A DNA stretch of 64,000 nt, from positions 64,001-128,000 of the forward strand of contig JBFMAD010000008.1 of NCBI GenBank assembly GCA_040755855.1, read 5' to 3'. The DNA is from Planctomycetota bacterium (lineage in GTDB: Bacteria; Planctomycetota; Brocadiia; JAADGH01). The position numbers and the translations under genes were made by a program. Below, piece by piece: positions 56,127 to 64,000 of the stretch (position 1 is its first letter; each line of letters opens with the position of its first letter). A model generated the notes under the pieces. It ran no database searches and was not told the origin of the DNA. It saw only the letters and a program-made list of their open reading frames with translations.

Positions 56127-57092
56127 ATGAATGTGTATGCCATTGGATTGGGGGTGTTGGCTATGGGGGTGGTTCTCGGCATGGTCGGCGCGTCCGGCCA
56201 GGAGCGAACGGGTGGATTTGAAGGGAAGCACCCGGACTTCAAGAAGATCGTCCCGGACGGCGCGACGGTCGAGAAGGTGGACGGGGGCTTCAAGTTCACG
56301 GAAGGCCCCGTATGGGGTGTGAGCGAAGGCTGTCTGCGCTTCAGCGATATTCCCGCCAACATCATCTACCTCTGGCGGCCGGGGAAGAAGTCGGAGGTCT
56401 TTCGCGAGCCGAGCGGCAACTCCAACGGCCTGACCTTCGACAAGCAGGGCCGATTCATCGCCTGCGAGCACGGCAACCGGCGCGTGAGCCGGACGGAACC
56501 CGATGGGACCATCACCGTCCTTGCCGAGAAGCACGAGGGCAAACGCCTGAACAGCCCGAATGACGTGGTGGTGAAGTCGGACGGCAGCATCTACTTCACC
56601 GACCCGCCCTACGGCTTGCCGAAACAGAGCGAAGGGAAAGAGATCGACTTCCAGGGGGTGTATCGCATCTCGCCGGACGGCAAGACGCTGACGCTGCTCG
56701 TTGATGATTTCGACCGGCCGAACGGCCTGGCCTTTTCGCCCGACGAGAAGACGCTCTACATCGCCGACTCGTCGCAGCGAAAACATATCCGCGCCTTCGA
56801 CGTGAAGGAGGACGGCGCTCTCGCCAACGGGCGAGTGTTCGCCGAGCTTCAGCACGACGACCCCGGCCTGCCCGACGGGATGAAGGTGGATGTGGAGGGG
56901 AATGTTTACAGCACCGGTCCGGGCGGGGTGTGGGTCATCAATCCGAAGGGCGAGCTGCTCGGCCGGGTCGTGACGCCGGAGGTCCCAGCGAACTGCGCCT
57001 GGGGCGACGCGGACTGGAAGTCGCTATACATCACAGCGAGGACGTCGGTCTATCGCGTGAAGCTCAATATCCAAGGCGTCAAGGTCCCGTAA
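56127..57092 (+). CDS. SMP-30/gluconolactonase/LRE-family protein
   Basis: FTEGPVW; SNGL; LNSPND; FTDPPYG; PNGLAFSPD; PDGMKVD. Confidence 0.93.
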   Translation: MNVYAIGLGVLAMGVVLGMVGASGQERTGGFEGKHPDFKKIVPDGATVEKVDGGFKFTEGPVWGVSEGCLRFSDIPANIIYLWRPGKKSEVFREPSGNSNGLTFDKQGRFIACEHGNRRVSRTEPDGTITVLAEKHEGKRLNSPNDVVVKSDGSIYFTDPPYGLPKQSEGKEIDFQGVYRISPDGKTLTLLVDDFDRPNGLAFSPDEKTLYIADSSQRKHIRAFDVKEDGALANGRVFAELQHDDPGLPDGMKVDVEGNVYSTGPGGVWVINPKGELLGRVVTPEVPANCAWGDADWKSLYITARTSVYRVKLNIQGVKVP

Positions 57093-57101
57093 GACCTCGG
57101 C

Positions 57102-57134
57102 AACCTCCCGGAGGTTCCGAACCTCCGGGAGGTT
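57102..57134. repeat. REP-like 33-bp double palindrome, family B
   Basis: AACCTCCCGGAGGTTCCGAACCTCCGGGAGGTT. Confidence 0.9.
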
Positions 57135-57167
57135 TCTTAGTAATTTTATTGTTTAAGGGAGTGACAG

Positions 57168-58181
57168 ATGTACAAGTGTGCGTTTTTGGGATGCGGCCCG
57201 CGCGCGCGGCGTCATGCGCAAGCCTACAAAGAAGTGAAGCGGGGACAGATCGCGGCGATCTGTGATCTGGATGAAAAGCGGTTGAACGAGTTCGGCGAGC
57301 AGTTCGGCGGCGTGCGCTACAAGGATGCGCATGAGATGCTGGAAAAGGAGAAGCCGGATCTCCTGCACGCCGTCTGCATCCCCGGCCTGCGGTTCGATTT
57401 CATGAAGATTGCCGCCGACCACAAAATACCCATCGCCATCGTCGAGAAGCCCATCGCCCTCTGGGGCGAGGACTGGCGGAAGATCAAGGAACTGGGCGAG
57501 ACGTGCGGGACGAAGTTCGCCGTCAACACGCAGCTCCACTTTCACGCGCGCAACCTCGAACTCAAGCGCGACGTCGCCGACGGCCGCATCGGCGAGATTC
57601 GGTGCATTGACGTGAGCGCGCGCTCGACGCCGCTCGACCAGGGCGTGCACGTCCTGGAACTGGCCCACAGCTACACCGGCTTCAAGAAATTCATCAGCGC
57701 CTTCGGCAATATCGCAGGCGTCAAGGCCCTCGACTCCCGCCAGCCGGCCCCCGACATGGCCGAGGCGAGCATCATGTTCGATGACAACATCCATTGCGTC
57801 CTCGTCTGCGGGTCGTGCGCGCCGAGAGCGACGGAGAACGAGTCTATCTTCCACCACAAGCGCATCTCCGTCTATGGCACGCAGGGGTTCATCCAGTGGA
57901 CGATGGCGGGCTGGGAGCGCTTCACCAGGGACGGCGGATATGAGCGCGGCTCCCACGACTACGGCGTCGAGGACGACCTCGCCCAGGCCCGCTTGACCGA
58001 GGCGTGCTTCGACTGGCTGGAGGACGAGAAGAAGCCGCACCCGACGCGGCTGGAGCGGTCGCTCGTGGAGTTCAACACGATCCTCGGCATCTACGTTAGC
58101 GCGCTGAACCATGCGATCGTCAACCTGCCGTGCGATCCGCCCGATGGCTTGTGCGAGGCGATTCGGAAGCGCTTATCGTGA
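57168..58181 (+). CDS. Gfo/Idh/MocA-family oxidoreductase
   Basis: AFLGCG.RA..H; VEKPIA; DQGVH. Confidence 0.88.
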   Translation: MYKCAFLGCGPRARRHAQAYKEVKRGQIAAICDLDEKRLNEFGEQFGGVRYKDAHEMLEKEKPDLLHAVCIPGLRFDFMKIAADHKIPIAIVEKPIALWGEDWRKIKELGETCGTKFAVNTQLHFHARNLELKRDVADGRIGEIRCIDVSARSTPLDQGVHVLELAHSYTGFKKFISAFGNIAGVKALDSRQPAPDMAEASIMFDDNIHCVLVCGSCAPRATENESIFHHKRISVYGTQGFIQWTMAGWERFTRDGGYERGSHDYGVEDDLAQARLTEACFDWLEDEKKPHPTRLERSLVEFNTILGIYVSALNHAIVNLPCDPPDGLCEAIRKRLS

Positions 58182-58211
58182 GGCAATGCCTTAACCAAGG
58201 GGGCGCTCATT

Positions 58212-58305
58212 GTCATTCCCGCGAAAGCGAGAATCCAGTCCCGCGTCCGTGCGGGATTCTGGGATTGTGCCGCCCCATGTGGATCCCCGCTTTCGCGGGG
58301 ATGAC
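58212..58305. repeat. REP-like element, family C
   Basis: GTCATTCCCGCGAAAGCGAGAATCCA ... TGGATCCCCGCTTTCGCGGGGATGAC. Confidence 0.85.
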
Positions 58306-58364
58306 GGTGCGCCTTCCCATACTCAACTGCCCCCGAAAATGAGGGGGTTGCATCGTGAGGCCGC

Positions 58365-59711
58365 ATGGCATTTCTCCATCGTGAAACCGTCGGGGCCATC
58401 TGGCGGCTGGCCTGGCCCGCCATTCTCTACTCGTTCCTCCAATCGTTTGTCGAGATCGTGGACGCGATGATGGTGGGGCGGCTCGGGCCGCACGCGCTCT
58501 CCGCCGTGGGTATGAGCCAGCAGGTCATCATGCTCGTCATGGTGGCCATGCTGGCAGTCACGAGCGGTTCGACGACCCTCGTGGCGCAGTTCTACGGCGC
58601 GGGCGACAACGAGGAGGTCAGCCGCACCGTCGCGCAGTCCGTCATCATGTCGGTCTTCCTGAGCGCGATCGTGAGCGGGGTCGGGTTGGTTGTGTCCCGT
58701 CCGATGCTGAAGCTGATCGGGTCGCGCGCGGACGTCCTGGATCAGGGCGTCGCCTACATGCGGATCTACTTCCTGGGCGTCTTCTTCCTGTTCCTGAACT
58801 TCATCTCGAGCGCCGTGCTGCGCGGCGTGGGGGACACGGTGACGCCTCTGAAAATTTCCGTTATTGTGAATATCATCAACGTCGCGGCGAACTACCTGCT
58901 CATATTCGGCATTGGCCCGTTCCCTCGACTGGGCGTTTCCGGTGCCGCGCTGGGGAGCGTCATCGCCCGGTCCGTGGGCGCAGTGATCGGATGCTGGCTG
59001 CTCCTCAACGGGCGATGCCGCGTTCGCCTGTTCCTCCGGGACATGCGCGAGATCAACATGCGGCTTATGTACCGCACCTTGCGAATCGGGATTCCCTCGG
59101 GCCTGCAGGGGATCGCGCGAAACGGCTCGCGCCTGTTCCTCTACCGGATCATCGCGGACTCCGCGGCGGGCGTGGCGGCCATCGCCGCCGTGACGGTCGG
59201 GTTTCGGGTGCGGATGGTGACGGTCATGCCCGCCCTGGCGATCCAGGTGGCCGCCGTGGCGCTCGTGGGGCAGCGGATCGGCGCGAAGCGGATTGACGAG
59301 GCGGAGCGCTTCGGGCGGGAATCCATCAAATTCTGCGCCGTGATCCTGTCCGGTATCGGCGTCCTGCTGTTTTTCTTCGCGCCGTGGGTGGTCCGGGCCT
59401 TCACGGATTCGCCGGAGACGATCCGCATCGGCAAGGTGATGCTCCAGTTTTTCAGCGTGGGGCAGACCTTCGCGGCGGCGGCCATCGCCGCGAGCGGGGG
59501 CCTGGCCGGCGCGGGCGACACGCAGCCGGGTCTTGTCTATACAGTGATAGGGCAGTTCTTCGTCATGCTGCCCGTGGCCTATCTGCTCTGCCACCACACG
59601 CGGCTTGACATCGTGGGCGTCTGGATCGCGTGGACTGTCTCCGAGGTCCTGCAATTCGTCCTCATGTACCGCCGCTTCGCGGGGGGACGGTGGAAGACGA
59701 TGGAGGTTTGA
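58365..59711 (+). CDS. MATE-family efflux transporter
   Basis: LAWP; D..MVGRLG..ALSAVG; LRGVGDT.TP; LGVSGAALG; GAGDT. Confidence 0.93.
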   Translation: MAFLHRETVGAIWRLAWPAILYSFLQSFVEIVDAMMVGRLGPHALSAVGMSQQVIMLVMVAMLAVTSGSTTLVAQFYGAGDNEEVSRTVAQSVIMSVFLSAIVSGVGLVVSRPMLKLIGSRADVLDQGVAYMRIYFLGVFFLFLNFISSAVLRGVGDTVTPLKISVIVNIINVAANYLLIFGIGPFPRLGVSGAALGSVIARSVGAVIGCWLLLNGRCRVRLFLRDMREINMRLMYRTLRIGIPSGLQGIARNGSRLFLYRIIADSAAGVAAIAAVTVGFRVRMVTVMPALAIQVAAVALVGQRIGAKRIDEAERFGRESIKFCAVILSGIGVLLFFFAPWVVRAFTDSPETIRIGKVMLQFFSVGQTFAAAAIAASGGLAGAGDTQPGLVYTVIGQFFVMLPVAYLLCHHTRLDIVGVWIAWTVSEVLQFVLMYRRFAGGRWKTMEV

Positions 59712-59758
59712 GGGGGCTTTCTGCCGGAACCGCTTCCAGTTAGTACTTGAAGCCAAGT

Positions 59759-60289
59759 TCAGCCATGCTGGAAGTCTTCAGAGCTTTCTTCAGGAACGAA
59801 TGCCCAGAAATGCTGCTGCTTCGCCGAGTCTGTGGATCTTGCCAGTCCGCCTGAAACTGGTTTCTTCCTGAATACCGACTTGATGTGCCACTCTCCGTGA
59901 TCACGTGGGTCCCCCGCGTCGAATGCCCATATGTTGGCCCGAACCAGCAACGTAGCAGTGCTTGTCTTGGGTTCGTCGAACGTAATCTTCCAAACCCAAT
60001 GCGCGCTTTGCCGCAACGAACCGCTAACTGCGTCCACAGAATAAGCCCGGCAAGGCATCACACGTCCATCTTCGTCTTGCAGGGCCATGTCGGTGATGTG
60101 GTGGACCTTCTCCTTCCCGAGCCTCCAGTTTCCCCGATACATCACGGTCACCCTGCCGTTTTGCGCTGAGACCCCTAGGCACTCAATCCTTCGGGGAGCG
60201 TCGCCAGAACGGCAGCCGAACCATGGGCATAGTAGAAGGGCCATAAGGCAAACGCGGCACGCAATCCGTTGAAGAAATAATCCCCGCAT
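59759..60289 (-). CDS. Hypothetical lipoprotein (paralogue of the upstream gene)
   Basis: Hydrophobic leader ending WFGC; shares motifs with 60291-60845. Confidence 0.6.
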   Translation of the reverse strand: MRGLFLQRIACRVCLMALLLCPWFGCRSGDAPRRIECLGVSAQNGRVTVMYRGNWRLGKEKVHHITDMALQDEDGRVMPCRAYSVDAVSGSLRQSAHWVWKITFDEPKTSTATLLVRANIWAFDAGDPRDHGEWHIKSVFRKKPVSGGLARSTDSAKQQHFWAFVPEESSEDFQHG

Positions 60290-60290
60290 G

Positions 60291-60845
60291 TCACTGGGCA
60301 TTATCTGTTTCCCCTGGGGGTATCCAACGTCCATGGCTTTCTTCCGGCACGAGCATCCATCCGTGCCGCTTGTGAAGCTCCTCTATCGCACATTTCCCAT
60401 CGTACAGAAACCATTCCTTGTAAGGCTTCTTTCTGAGTACGGACTTGATCTTGTACTCACCACACCCAAAGGTAAACCGCGCTTCGAATGCAACTTTATT
60501 GGATGTCGGCTCGTCAAACCGTGTACACCATGCCCAGTTAAGTCCCTTATCCCGGCCGAACTCGGATGCGCGAAGCGGTATCTCGTTGCCCTTCTCGTCC
60601 TTTATCGAAATGTCCAGCAGTTGAAACCTGCCCAAACCGCGATCTCGAGAGGTCCAGTGCGTCAGAAGTATCCTCCCGTCCTCCCATCCATGAACCATGC
60701 TGAACGTCGTGGGCGGCCGAGGGTCGCGGTCGGTGCAGGAAGTTGCCAGAATGACGGCCGTCGCCGTCACGAGCACAAGATTCCTTTCCAGAAGTCGGAG
60801 TGCCCCAGCCGATGATGCTTCTGAGGATGGACCTGCAGCCATCAT
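60291..60845 (-). CDS. Hypothetical lipoprotein
   Basis: Leader ending LATSC; shares motifs with 59759-60289; start uncertain. Confidence 0.6.
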   Translation of the reverse strand: MMAAGPSSEASSAGALRLLERNLVLVTATAVILATSCTDRDPRPPTTFSMVHGWEDGRILLTHWTSRDRGLGRFQLLDISIKDEKGNEIPLRASEFGRDKGLNWAWCTRFDEPTSNKVAFEARFTFGCGEYKIKSVLRKKPYKEWFLYDGKCAIEELHKRHGWMLVPEESHGRWIPPGETDNAQ

Positions 60846-60995
60846 GGGAGCGGCACTCCTCCCGTGTTCATGCCAGACATGCGCTGTGTCGCCTGGCGCC
60901 TCATCTCAGTCCTCGGTTTTAGCGCGACAAGCCCGAAATGCGTGACGATCCATAGGTTATAGAGGGTGTAAGCTTATCTTCGGTTCGGTTTCAGT

Positions 60996-61571
60996 CTATC
61001 TACTGTCTCCTCGTTGCTTCCGCCGGGTGTTGTAGAGGCGTTCGGTGAAGCCGCCTTGTTCGAGGAATTGCCTTTCGAGCTGCCGGAGGAGTTGGTCGAG
61101 GAGGTAGCTCGTCTGGTGGATGAGGCAGAGGAGGGTGTTGGCGGCGACCTCCAGGGAACCCGATTCAATATAGGTCGAATAGGTCTTATAGGACCTATTC
61201 TTGGCGTAGGCGAGCTTCCGCACTTCCAATGACTTGGGGTGGTTCTTTCCCCAGAGCGGCAGGCCGCGCTGCCGGAGGAGGTCCTCAAGGTCCAACTTCA
61301 GTTCCTCCTGGCTCGCGCGCGCCACGCCGATCAGTTTCAGTTCCGTTTTCTTGGACGTGCCCGATGCCATGCTCCCTTCGGCGATGTTCTGCTTTCCGCT
61401 GCGGGCGGCCTGCACCATCTGGTCATGCGTGCGCGAGCGGCGGTCCACGAAGCGGTTGCAGGACTTGATCGCCGCATCATAGACGCTCTCGGCATTCTGG
61501 TATGACTTCAGGTCCTGGTATCCGCCATGGGGGCCGATCAAGTTGGATTGTGAGTTCGCTTCACCGCTCAT
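60996..61571 (-). CDS. Four-helix-bundle protein with suffix domain
   Basis: GGYQDLKSYQ; DQMVQAARSGKQNIAEG; VARAS.EEL; FLEQGGFTERLY. Confidence 0.88.
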   Translation of the reverse strand: MSGEANSQSNLIGPHGGYQDLKSYQNAESVYDAAIKSCNRFVDRRSRTHDQMVQAARSGKQNIAEGSMASGTSKKTELKLIGVARASQEELKLDLEDLLRQRGLPLWGKNHPKSLEVRKLAYAKNRSYKTYSTYIESGSLEVAANTLLCLIHQTSYLLDQLLRQLERQFLEQGGFTERLYNTRRKQRGDSR

Positions 61572-64000
61572 GGCTTCCTCTCAAGCATCACCACCGCCAC
61601 ATCCTCCCCATCGAGGACGATCTTCGTCTCGGCCCAGACGTCGGGCATATCCCTCTTGCCGCCGAGGAGGGCGTCGAAGAACGATTTTCTATGTTCGGTC
61701 CAGTTGACCGCCTTTCCGTTGACCAGATCGCGGCAGGCCTTCGGCGCGGGACCGAGATATGTGATTGTCGCCTCCCGTCGCTCCGCGCTGTCGTTGAAGA
61801 CAGTGAGGTATTGATCGCCGAATCGCTCGACATAGACCTTCGGGTCGCTCGATCGGGTGAGCGTGATCGGCTGCCAACCGGCCTCGGCCGTCTTTTTGCA
61901 GAGCGGCACGTACTTCTTGAAGAGCGGCCGGTCGCGGTCGTAGAGTTCGGGACGTTTGAAGTACTGCCCCGTTGAGGCATCCGCGCTGAAGAAGCCGGGG
62001 AACATGCCGTAGGCCAGGGAGCGCTTCATATACTTTTCGACCAGCTCGTGAGAGAAGTCCTCGAACGCCGTGTTCTGGAGGAAGCAGTAAACCTTCGGCC
62101 CGCACATGGACCGGCGATAGAGCATATCGGCGTCGGACATGGGCCGCCAGGTCTTGTTGTGATTCCAGTTCGTCTCCGTGCCCAGCACGTCGAGCCAGGG
62201 CGCAAGCCAGCAGAGGCGGCTCGGGGCGCCGTTGGCCATCATCAGCTTGCCCATGGCGCGCACGTCTTTTTCGATGCCGCGAACATACTCGTAGGCGACC
62301 AGGCCACGAAAGATGGCCGGCTTGCGACTGTCCGGCGAGAAGGTCAGCGGCGTCTGCGCGGCGGCGAAGTGATCGCGGCGGAAGTCCAGTTCGTCCGTCA
62401 CATACCCCTCACTCGAATCAACATACTCTCCGTCGAGGTCGCCCTTGCGGTTCGGCCCGTAGAGCTTCTCTCGAAGCTCCGCGTTCCACTTGTTCTTGAA
62501 GTCCGTGATGTCGCCCTTGATTCCCGGCATGGAGTTCATGCTCCAGACGGCGCCGTTGCACCAGGGGGTGTCGAGGAGGCGGGCGGGGAATTGCCCCCGC
62601 TCATCGTGGTATCCGCTCGTCAAGAGCGCCTTGGCCCAGGCGTCGCCCTTCTCGGCCAGGCACTTCGCCTCGGCGAGGGCCGCGTCCATTGTGCGGGGCA
62701 TCTCCTTGGGCATCTTCATCCACCAGGTCATCGGCTCGGTGTAGCGGAAGGTGATGATGCCGTGCTGGTCGTCCCACTCGGTCTCGTTGTTGCCCTCCTT
62801 GATCTTGAAGCCGAAGTCCTCCCATCCCTTCACCTCGCTGATCTTGGCGAAGGGCATCCAAAGGCCCTGCTCCGGGATGCGGCATTTGAAGTGGTCGGGG
62901 AATACCTCGTAGTACTTCGCCAGCGCGCCGCGGAAGCCCCAGGCGGGGTCGAAGTGGTAGAGGCAGAAGCGCACCTTTGCGTTGCTCTTCTCGGGTGCGA
63001 AGCCGATGTCGTAGGCAATGAACAATTCATTCGTTGCTGCGTTGAACCCGATGCGATAGAAGGCCGCATGGCCCATGTCCAGCCCAATGGCGCGGCCCTC
63101 GTTGCCTCTTGTGATCGCGCCGAAGGGGTACTTGGACAATCGTCCGTTCGCCCCGGCGTTGAAGCGATTCGCGTTCATGTATTCGCCGGGCCGCTTGGCG
63201 GCGATAGTGGCGCGCGGATCGGCGAGCCATTGCCAACCGTCGCCCTCGACCGGGATGGCATACACCAATGTTACCGCCCGGTCCTTGCCGGTCGTGTCGC
63301 GCAACTCGGCGTCAACGAACGTGGCGTCGTCCTGCTTCATGGACTTGCTTGTGATTTCCAGGCCGAGCGCCTTGCCGTCTTCGAAGCGGGAAAAATCCGA
63401 ATTGGCCGCCACATCCCGCGCCTGAAATCCCTCCCCCAACTTCCCCTGGACAACCACGGGCACACCGTCGAACAGGGCCGATCCCGCCGGCGTCTCGATC
63501 TGGTAGAGCGCCGGATCGCGGAACCACGCCTTGCCGCTGTGGCGACGGAGAAGCATGTGGAACGAGAGGGACTTCACCGGCTTCTCAGGCAGAACGATCA
63601 CCTCCCGCCGCTCCCAGTCATGTGAGCCGACGGAAAAGGGCTTCACCTGTCCCCACAGCGGTTCGCCGTCGCTATACACGAGGTCGAGGTACAGCGAGTA
63701 GTCGTTGTTCGGGCCGCCGCCGACGTTCTCCGCCTTGCTCCAGGCCGAGGCGACGATGGGTTGCGGCCGCGTTTGGTTCAGCTCCACGGTCTGCGACGCG
63801 CCACGCTGGACCTCCGCATCCGCGCCGTTGTCGCAGAGGAAGACGGTTCCCTCCTTCGTGAAGCCCTTCTGCCAGGGCCCCCAGGCGTCGGGCTTCAGAA
63901 GGTTCAATCCCTCGGCTTCGGCGCGGAGGACCTTTTTCACGATGTCCGCCCGCGAAGTTGCCACGCAGAAGAAAAAGAGTGCGGCAACGACGGCAATCTG
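61568..64000 (-). CDS. Large exported protein, CBM-like N-terminus and putative glycoside-hydrolase-like barrel; 5' end outside the window
   Basis: Frame open to the window end with a hydrophobic signal segment; FSVGSHDWE..KAWF.D CBM-like pattern; DGEYVDS, MMANG, LGTE. Confidence 0.55.
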   Translation of the reverse strand, partial: QIAVVAALFFFCVATSRADIVKKVLRAEAEGLNLLKPDAWGPWQKGFTKEGTVFLCDNGADAEVQRGASQTVELNQTRPQPIVASAWSKAENVGGGPNNDYSLYLDLVYSDGEPLWGQVKPFSVGSHDWERREVIVLPEKPVKSLSFHMLLRRHSGKAWFRDPALYQIETPAGSALFDGVPVVVQGKLGEGFQARDVAANSDFSRFEDGKALGLEITSKSMKQDDATFVDAELRDTTGKDRAVTLVYAIPVEGDGWQWLADPRATIAAKRPGEYMNANRFNAGANGRLSKYPFGAITRGNEGRAIGLDMGHAAFYRIGFNAATNELFIAYDIGFAPEKSNAKVRFCLYHFDPAWGFRGALAKYYEVFPDHFKCRIPEQGLWMPFAKISEVKGWEDFGFKIKEGNNETEWDDQHGIITFRYTEPMTWWMKMPKEMPRTMDAALAEAKCLAEKGDAWAKALLTSGYHDERGQFPARLLDTPWCNGAVWSMNSMPGIKGDITDFKNKWNAELREKLYGPNRKGDLDGEYVDSSEGYVTDELDFRRDHFAAAQTPLTFSPDSRKPAIFRGLVAYEYVRGIEKDVRAMGKLMMANGAPSRLCWLAPWLDVLGTETNWNHNKTWRPMSDADMLYRRSMCGPKVYCFLQNTAFEDFSHELVEKYMKRSLAYGMFPGFFSADASTGQYFKRPELYDRDRPLFKKYVPLCKKTAEAGWQPITLTRSSDPKVYVERFGDQYLTVFNDSAERREATITYLGPAPKACRDLVNGKAVNWTEHRKSFFDALLGGKRDMPDVWAETKIVLDGEDVAVVMLERKP

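Noticed and set aside
60996..61571. Four-helix-bundle gene as the Avd of a diversity-generating retroelement
   Set aside because: No reverse transcriptase or template/variable repeat pair is visible, and the protein fits the stand-alone suffix-domain family.

Overview
GC-rich bacterial chromosome window with no rRNA, tRNA, CRISPR array or intact transposase that I could recognise. The gene content (prepilin/H-X9-DG protein, TPR-ExbB/ExbD-VWA cluster, sulfatases, ECF sigma factor, many Gly/Pro-rich exported proteins) suggests a Planctomycetota/PVC-like organism; this is inference only. The centrepiece is a dissimilatory sulfite reduction cluster at 34617-45638: dsrAB, dsrN, dsrC, an OsmC-family gene, an inserted MNT-HEPN toxin-antitoxin-like pair, dsrT and dsrMKJOP. 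dsrD, dsrL and dsrEFH are not in the window. A second, unexplained minus-strand operon (13039 to 3917) encodes a GT-C glycosyltransferase, a pilin-like protein, a membrane-anchored protein with a HIRAN-like C-terminus, an ECF sigma/anti-sigma pair, three paralogous LTxxQ/EF-hand periplasmic proteins and an ICMT-like methyltransferase with a duplicated unknown domain. Housekeeping genes are hom, an apgM-like gene, dapF, glyS and a GT9 heptosyltransferase. Intergenic DNA carries several families of dispersed REP-like palindromes, a rod-shaped structured RNA candidate (about 1918-2071) and a 25-bp perfect inverted repeat in the hom leader. All product calls come from recognising motifs by eye; no searches were run.
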